20,000 nucleotides of DNA, taken from the IMG/VR virus record IMGVR_UViG_3300035698_018097. One strand, written 5' to 3'. The translations under genes were made by a program, and so were the position numbers. The stretch comes from an uncultured virus (IMG/VR IMGVR_UViG_3300035698_018097) (Duplodnaviria > Heunggongvirae > Uroviricota > Caudoviricetes). Under the pieces are notes generated by a model that saw only the letters and a list, made by a program, of their open reading frames with translations, was not told where the DNA came from and searched no databases. Below are positions 16,242 through 20,000 of this stretch, in pieces; the stretch's first letter is position 1, and every line of letters begins with the position of its first letter.

Positions 16242-16269
16242 TTGACTTTCATATGAATGAGATCAAAAT
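16242..16269 (+). promoter_or_regulatory. sigma70-like promoter for primase (near-leaderless)
   Basis: TTGACT 37 nt before ATG 16279, just after a terminator. Confidence 0.55.
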
Positions 16270-16278
16270 GTATTGTAT

Positions 16279-17211
16279 ATGTCATTAAAATCATTAATAG
16301 ATGATGTAACTAAAGAATTTGGATATGAATTAAAGAACGGTGAAGTTGCTTATCATTGTCCCATTTGTCATCACCATAAGCGTAAATTACAAGTTAATGT
16401 AGATTCTCACAAATGGAAATGTTGGATTTGTGGTAAGAGCCAAGGAACAGAAGGCGCTTCAATTAGGACTTTATTTAAATTATATAAAGCGCATCAATCA
16501 TATATCGATAAATTATATGCTTATGGATATAAACCCCCTAAAAATAGTGATGAACCTAAAAAGGAAGATAAGCCTGTAATTCGTTTACCGGAAGAATTTG
16601 TCCCATTGTATAAATCAAGTAAGGACCTTAATTATAGACATGCTATTCACTACTTAAATAAGAGAGGAATTACCTTAGTAGACATTGTTAAATATAATAT
16701 TGGATATTGTAATGAGGGAAAGTTTGCTAATCATATAATCTTTCCATCGTATGATGTGGACGGGATTTTAAATTATTTTATAGGTCGGACATGGTATGAC
16801 CATTACACATTGAAGTATAAGAAACCATTTTATTCATCTCATGCTATAATAGGGTTAGAATTTTTTATAAATTGGGATTATGAATTAACTATTTGCGAAG
16901 GAATATTCGATGCAATCGCTATTAAGCGAAATGTTATTCCATTGTTTGGAAAAATAATGGGATCAGTATTAAAAAACAAAATAATCGAAAATAAGCCGCC
17001 GGTAATCAATATAGTATTGGACAGCGATGCTATAAAAGATTCAACATATATCGTTGAATGGCTATATAGCCATGACATTGCTTCCAAACTAATTATTTTA
17101 AATGAAAAGGACCCATCTGAATTAGGATACAAAAAAACATGGGAAATGATAAATACTTCAGAATGTTTGGATTTTTCTGATATTATTAAATTAAAAATTG
17201 GATGTCACTGA
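16279..17211 (+). CDS. DNA primase, DnaG/TOPRIM type with N-terminal zinc ribbon
   Basis: CPICHHH...CWIC zinc ribbon; YLNKRGI; IIFP; YFIGR; TOPRIM EGIFD and LDSDA; KDPSE. Confidence 0.9.
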   Translation: MSLKSLIDDVTKEFGYELKNGEVAYHCPICHHHKRKLQVNVDSHKWKCWICGKSQGTEGASIRTLFKLYKAHQSYIDKLYAYGYKPPKNSDEPKKEDKPVIRLPEEFVPLYKSSKDLNYRHAIHYLNKRGITLVDIVKYNIGYCNEGKFANHIIFPSYDVDGILNYFIGRTWYDHYTLKYKKPFYSSHAIIGLEFFINWDYELTICEGIFDAIAIKRNVIPLFGKIMGSVLKNKIIENKPPVINIVLDSDAIKDSTYIVEWLYSHDIASKLIILNEKDPSELGYKKTWEMINTSECLDFSDIIKLKIGCH

Positions 17212-17239
17212 TACTTATATATGAGGGAGTATTATTTAT

Positions 17240-18211
17240 ATGAAAAGAAATTGTCCAGAATGTGATATGTTAATTATTTATAAAACAAAAAGCCAATATA
17301 CCGATGCGGCTCGAAAAAACAGAATTTGTAAGAGATGTTCAAACAGAAAAACATCCAATAAAAGAAAGCGAATAATTAAAGACCAAGATTTGGAAAAAAT
17401 CTGTGTGAAATGTGGATATGTTCATATATTTAGTTCTATATACAAAGTGCCATTGGGAAAATATATATGTAAAAGATGTTCGGTTAGAATTAGAATGACT
17501 GGAAGAATTGTAAGCTCTGAAGAACGTTTGAAAATTGGCGAAGGTCGAAAGGGAAAAACCTTAGAAGAAATTCATGGAAGGCACAAAGCTAAATGCATTA
17601 AAAACAAAATAAGTCTAAGTATGTCCGGAGAAAAAAATCCATGCTTTGGGCGCACTGGTAGTTTAAATCCAATGTATGGAAAAAGCAAAGAACTTAGTCC
17701 AACATATGGGCTAATTCCGTGGAACAAGGGGAAATCGAATCATTTATCTCAAAAAACTATAAAGAAAATGAAAATGGCCAAAAAAGGAAAATGGCAAATG
17801 GAAAAAAATCCCAATTTTGGAAATCATTTTCCTTTAAGTGAAAATCACCGAAAAAATTTAAGGCATTCTCTCATTAAGAGATTTGAAAGATTAGATGCGC
17901 AGGGATTTCAAAAATTTCCAGGTTTCAATGAGTCAGCGTGTCATGAAATTAAAAAATTCGGAAAATTAAATGGTTACAATTTTCAAACTGCTGTGGACAA
18001 AAATGGTGAATTTGAATTTCGTGGTTTTTTTGCTGATGGATATGATAAAAATAAAAATGTATGGATTGAGTATTTTGAAAAAGGCAACAATCATTATGTG
18101 AAAAATCAAATTAGACAAAAAGATTGGGATAGATTAAACGAAATCCAAAAATATTTGAATTGTAAAATTATAATTTTGCAAGAGGAAAAAGAAAAAATAC
18201 TTTTAAATTAA
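17240..18211 (+). CDS. putative free-standing homing endonuclease (zinc ribbons, NUMOD3-like repeats, C-terminal PD-(D/E)xK/Vsr-like domain)
   Basis: Four CxxC pairs; GEKNPCFG, GSLNPMYG, PWNKG, EKNPNFG repeats; FADGYD-x6-IEY. Confidence 0.75.
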   Translation: MKRNCPECDMLIIYKTKSQYTDAARKNRICKRCSNRKTSNKRKRIIKDQDLEKICVKCGYVHIFSSIYKVPLGKYICKRCSVRIRMTGRIVSSEERLKIGEGRKGKTLEEIHGRHKAKCIKNKISLSMSGEKNPCFGRTGSLNPMYGKSKELSPTYGLIPWNKGKSNHLSQKTIKKMKMAKKGKWQMEKNPNFGNHFPLSENHRKNLRHSLIKRFERLDAQGFQKFPGFNESACHEIKKFGKLNGYNFQTAVDKNGEFEFRGFFADGYDKNKNVWIEYFEKGNNHYVKNQIRQKDWDRLNEIQKYLNCKIIILQEEKEKILLN

Positions 18212-18219
18212 TTCTTAAT

Positions 18220-20000
18220 ATGGCAGTAACTTACATTCCATGTATTCATGACAGAATCGATACAATTTACCACATTGGCGATATTCATTTTAGAAATGTC
18301 CGTCGGCATGATGAATATGGAGAAGTATTAGAACGATTTTATGCCGGACTCAAAAAAAAGAGAACCGAAAATTCCATTATAATCATTACAGGGGATTTGG
18401 CTCATTCAAAATTAGAGACATCTCCTGAATTAAGTAAAGAAATTTCCGAATTATTGTTACGATGTGCAGCAATAACTGATACTATTGTAATTCCAGGTAA
18501 CCACGATTGTAATTTAAATAATCGACAAAGGTTGGATGTTATTTCACCGATTGCGAATTACATTGTAAATGATCGAATACATTATTTGAGAGATAATGGT
18601 ATTTTTATCATGAAGAATTTATTATTTTCTCATTTTGGAATTTTTTCAGGAGTAGAAGATTATTTTACTTATGATAAAATTCCAAAAACTTATAAAAATG
18701 TTACGGATACCCACATAGCATTGTATCATGGTCCTCTCCACAAATCTACAACTGATTCAAATTATGAGGTTTCGAATATTTCGGTTCAACCATCATTATT
18801 TGATGGATTTCACTTTGGGATATTGGGAGATATTCATAAACAGCAGACAATCCACATACAGAAATCCAAACCGTATAAAATTCCCAAAGGATGGGTTCAG
18901 GATCCAAATGATGAGAATTTTATCATCAAGCCATTTCCAATTTTAAGATATCCTGGTTCGCTTATTCAACAAAATCATGCAGAAAAAATTACTGGACATG
19001 GATTTACTACATGGGACATAAAAAGCAAGACCTTTATTCACACAGAATTACACAACGATTATGGATTTTTCACTGCTGAGATAAAAAATGGTAAGTTAGA
19101 TACCGACATTTCTGATATTCCGAAAAAGGCTCGATTACGATTTCGTTGTTTTGGGACAGAGCCGATGGAAGTTAAGCGGATTTTGGAGAAAATTAAAAAA
19201 TCCCATGACATTAAAGAGGTTTCTTATCTTCGCGGAGATGATCGCCGAAGCATAAATAGGGGTCAAATGGCGAAAATTTCGCTACAGAAATTGAGTGATT
19301 ATCATTTTCAGAACACTTTAATACAAGAATACATTGAGCTTCATCGTCCGCGAACACCTAAAAAGGTATTGAGGAAGATTTTTGACATCAATAAAACAAT
19401 AAATTCCAAAATTCCGGATACGGAAAAGGCATTAAACATTATTTGGAAACCAAAAATGTTTACATTTGATAACATGTTTTCATATGGAGAGCGAAATGTT
19501 GTAGATTTCTCTAAAATTATGGGAATTGCGGGTATATTTGGGCCTAATGCGAGTGGAAAGAGTTCAATTTTCTCTGCTTTGTGTTTTTGTTTATTTGATA
19601 AATGTGATCGGACATTTAAAGCCAGTCATATTATGAATGAAGCTAAGATGAGTTTCAAATGTGAACTTAATTTTGAGATAGATGGAGATGATTATTTTGT
19701 AAAGCGGACAGCGAAAAGAGATAAAAATGGAAATGTCCGTGTAGAAGTTAATTTTTATAAGTTGGTTGACGGTAAAAAAATAAATTTAAATGATGAATCT
19801 CGTAGAAGCACCAACGAAGTAATCCGAAGTTACATTGGATCGTTTGATGATTTTGTTTTAACAAGTTTGTCACCGCAAAAAGATCAAAACAGTAACTTTG
19901 CTGACAAGGGCCAAACTGAGCGAAAAGACCTTATTACAAAATTTTTAGGAATTGATATCTTTGATACAATTTATCAATTAGCATTGGATGAGTCAAAAGA
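18220..20000 (+). CDS. Mre11/SbcD nuclease fused to Rad50/SbcC ATPase (partial, runs off window)
   Basis: I translated the frame from ATG 18220 to the end with no stop. Phosphoesterase motifs GDIH, TGD, GNHD, YHG, GDIH, YPGS precede NMFSYG and Walker A GPNASGKSS (~19540-19566). Confidence 0.92.
   Translation, partial: MAVTYIPCIHDRIDTIYHIGDIHFRNVRRHDEYGEVLERFYAGLKKKRTENSIIIITGDLAHSKLETSPELSKEISELLLRCAAITDTIVIPGNHDCNLNNRQRLDVISPIANYIVNDRIHYLRDNGIFIMKNLLFSHFGIFSGVEDYFTYDKIPKTYKNVTDTHIALYHGPLHKSTTDSNYEVSNISVQPSLFDGFHFGILGDIHKQQTIHIQKSKPYKIPKGWVQDPNDENFIIKPFPILRYPGSLIQQNHAEKITGHGFTTWDIKSKTFIHTELHNDYGFFTAEIKNGKLDTDISDIPKKARLRFRCFGTEPMEVKRILEKIKKSHDIKEVSYLRGDDRRSINRGQMAKISLQKLSDYHFQNTLIQEYIELHRPRTPKKVLRKIFDINKTINSKIPDTEKALNIIWKPKMFTFDNMFSYGERNVVDFSKIMGIAGIFGPNASGKSSIFSALCFCLFDKCDRTFKASHIMNEAKMSFKCELNFEIDGDDYFVKRTAKRDKNGNVRVEVNFYKLVDGKKINLNDESRRSTNEVIRSYIGSFDDFVLTSLSPQKDQNSNFADKGQTERKDLITKFLGIDIFDTIYQLALDESK

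Noticed and set aside
2717..17132. Minus-strand track ORFs overlapping plus-strand genes (e.g. 2717, 3610, 4756, 5001, 6787, 9238, 10777, 11089, 13449, 14576, 15558, 16878) and plus-strand 13919..14122
   Set aside because: Antisense shadows of better-supported genes, with no promoter or protein-like signal
17211..18220. Group I intron or intein housing the endonuclease
   Set aside because: Both flanking genes look complete and the spacers (28 nt and 8 nt) are too short for an intron core
18728..18946. 72-aa plus-strand track ORF
   Set aside because: Alternative frame nested inside the Mre11-Rad50 fusion gene

Overview
AT-rich segment of a large dsDNA tailed phage genome (inferred from gene content and layout; host unknown). 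It has four zones. (1) 1-8100 is an array of about 30 small plus-strand hypothetical genes arranged as short cassettes. Most cassettes are headed by a near-identical sigma70-like promoter whose TTGAC lies 34-38 nt before the ATG, implying leaderless mRNAs; downstream genes are coupled by overlapping or adjacent stop/start codons. (2) 8130-8760 is mostly non-coding: a promoter with no start codon points into a GC-rich cluster of tandem hairpins, followed by an AT-rich tract and a second multi-stem element. Strand G/C bias appears to flip here, making it a candidate replication origin. (3) 8825-13935 holds genes preceded by a different motif (ATATTTAT). One is a 1205-aa protein of four homologous ~260-aa units plus a ParB/Srx-like tail, with each unit bounded by an (I/L)-x-E site resembling T4 gp21-type prohead protease sites. 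(4) 14200-20000 holds small genes, a P-loop kinase, a DnaG-type primase, a free-standing putative homing endonuclease, and an Mre11/SbcD-Rad50/SbcC fusion running off the right edge (absent from the ORF track). All family assignments are by motif recognition only; no searches were run.
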